Shown one piece after another: positions 62,731 to 63,132 of a stretch of 63,132 nt of DNA. Source of the DNA: Octopus bimaculoides (Eukaryota); assembly GCF_001194135.2 (NCBI RefSeq), contig NC_069001.1, positions 28,078,686 to 28,141,817 of the forward strand. Reading direction: 5' to 3'. A program made the position numbers and the translations under genes. The notes under the pieces are model-generated. The model was not told the DNA's origin. It saw only the letters and a program-made list of their open reading frames with translations, and did no database searches. Position 1 is the stretch's first letter. Each line of letters opens with the position of its first letter.

Positions 62731-62929
62731 AAGAAAGAAAGAAAGACCTGACCTACGACGTTCATATCTACTAGCCAACATTCAGATTTCGGTGGTAAAA
62801 TTTACACAATTTACATTCGAAGAAAAGACAATCAGTCGTAAGAACCTTGAATATACATTTCGGAATGTTTTCATGCTAAAAAACAAAACAAAAAGGGAAA
62901 GTAAGAAAATGGAACGGGCACATAAAGGC

Positions 62930-63083
62930 ACAGAGGTGGTTGTGTTATAAGGAATGTGCTTCCTAGTCATACGGTTCCGGGTTCAGTCCTACTGTGTGGC
63001 ACCTTTGGAACTATCCTATGATGTCCTTGGGGCGATCAAAGTGTTGTGCGTGGATTTGGTAGACGGAAACTGGAGGAAGCCCG

Positions 63084-63086
<3 letters not shown>
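62930..63086 (+). mobile_element. SINE family B followed by (AT)n
   Basis: ggttccgggttcagtcctactgtgtggcacc...ggatttggtagacggaaactggaggaagcccgtc. Confidence 0.88.

Positions 63087-63132
<46 letters not shown>

Overview
This is AT-rich eukaryotic non-coding DNA, most likely intronic or intergenic sequence from an octopus or other coleoid cephalopod. That assignment is an inference from microsatellite density and remembered repeat families, not a database hit. I could not recognise any conserved host protein-coding exon. Nearly all ORFs in the supplied track are artefacts of (AT)n, (AC)n, (GA)n or trinucleotide repeats, or of N-gaps. The window is dominated by four internally recurrent SINE-like families (labelled A-D here). 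It also holds several TIR elements: mariner-derived, hAT-type with a perfect 8-bp TSD, and Kolobok-like. Decayed ORF fragments of a mariner transposase, an RTE LINE, an R4/Dong-type LINE and a Penelope-like element are readable. The most interesting items are (1) a tRNA-headed element whose tail carries a Penelope-type minimal hammerhead-ribozyme fold, here mutated (52066-52300, minus), and (2) a 558-bp foldback element with perfect 38-bp TIRs, a 6-bp TSD and a central (TAACCC)3/(GGGTTA)3 telomere-repeat palindrome (56340-56897). Also notable are (3) inverted SINE arrangements that could form dsRNA/ADAR substrates and (4) splice-site-bounded candidates on the minus strand, including a possible 3-nt microexon at 22454-22456. 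All exon calls are speculative. I found no evidence of a novel multi-gene system.
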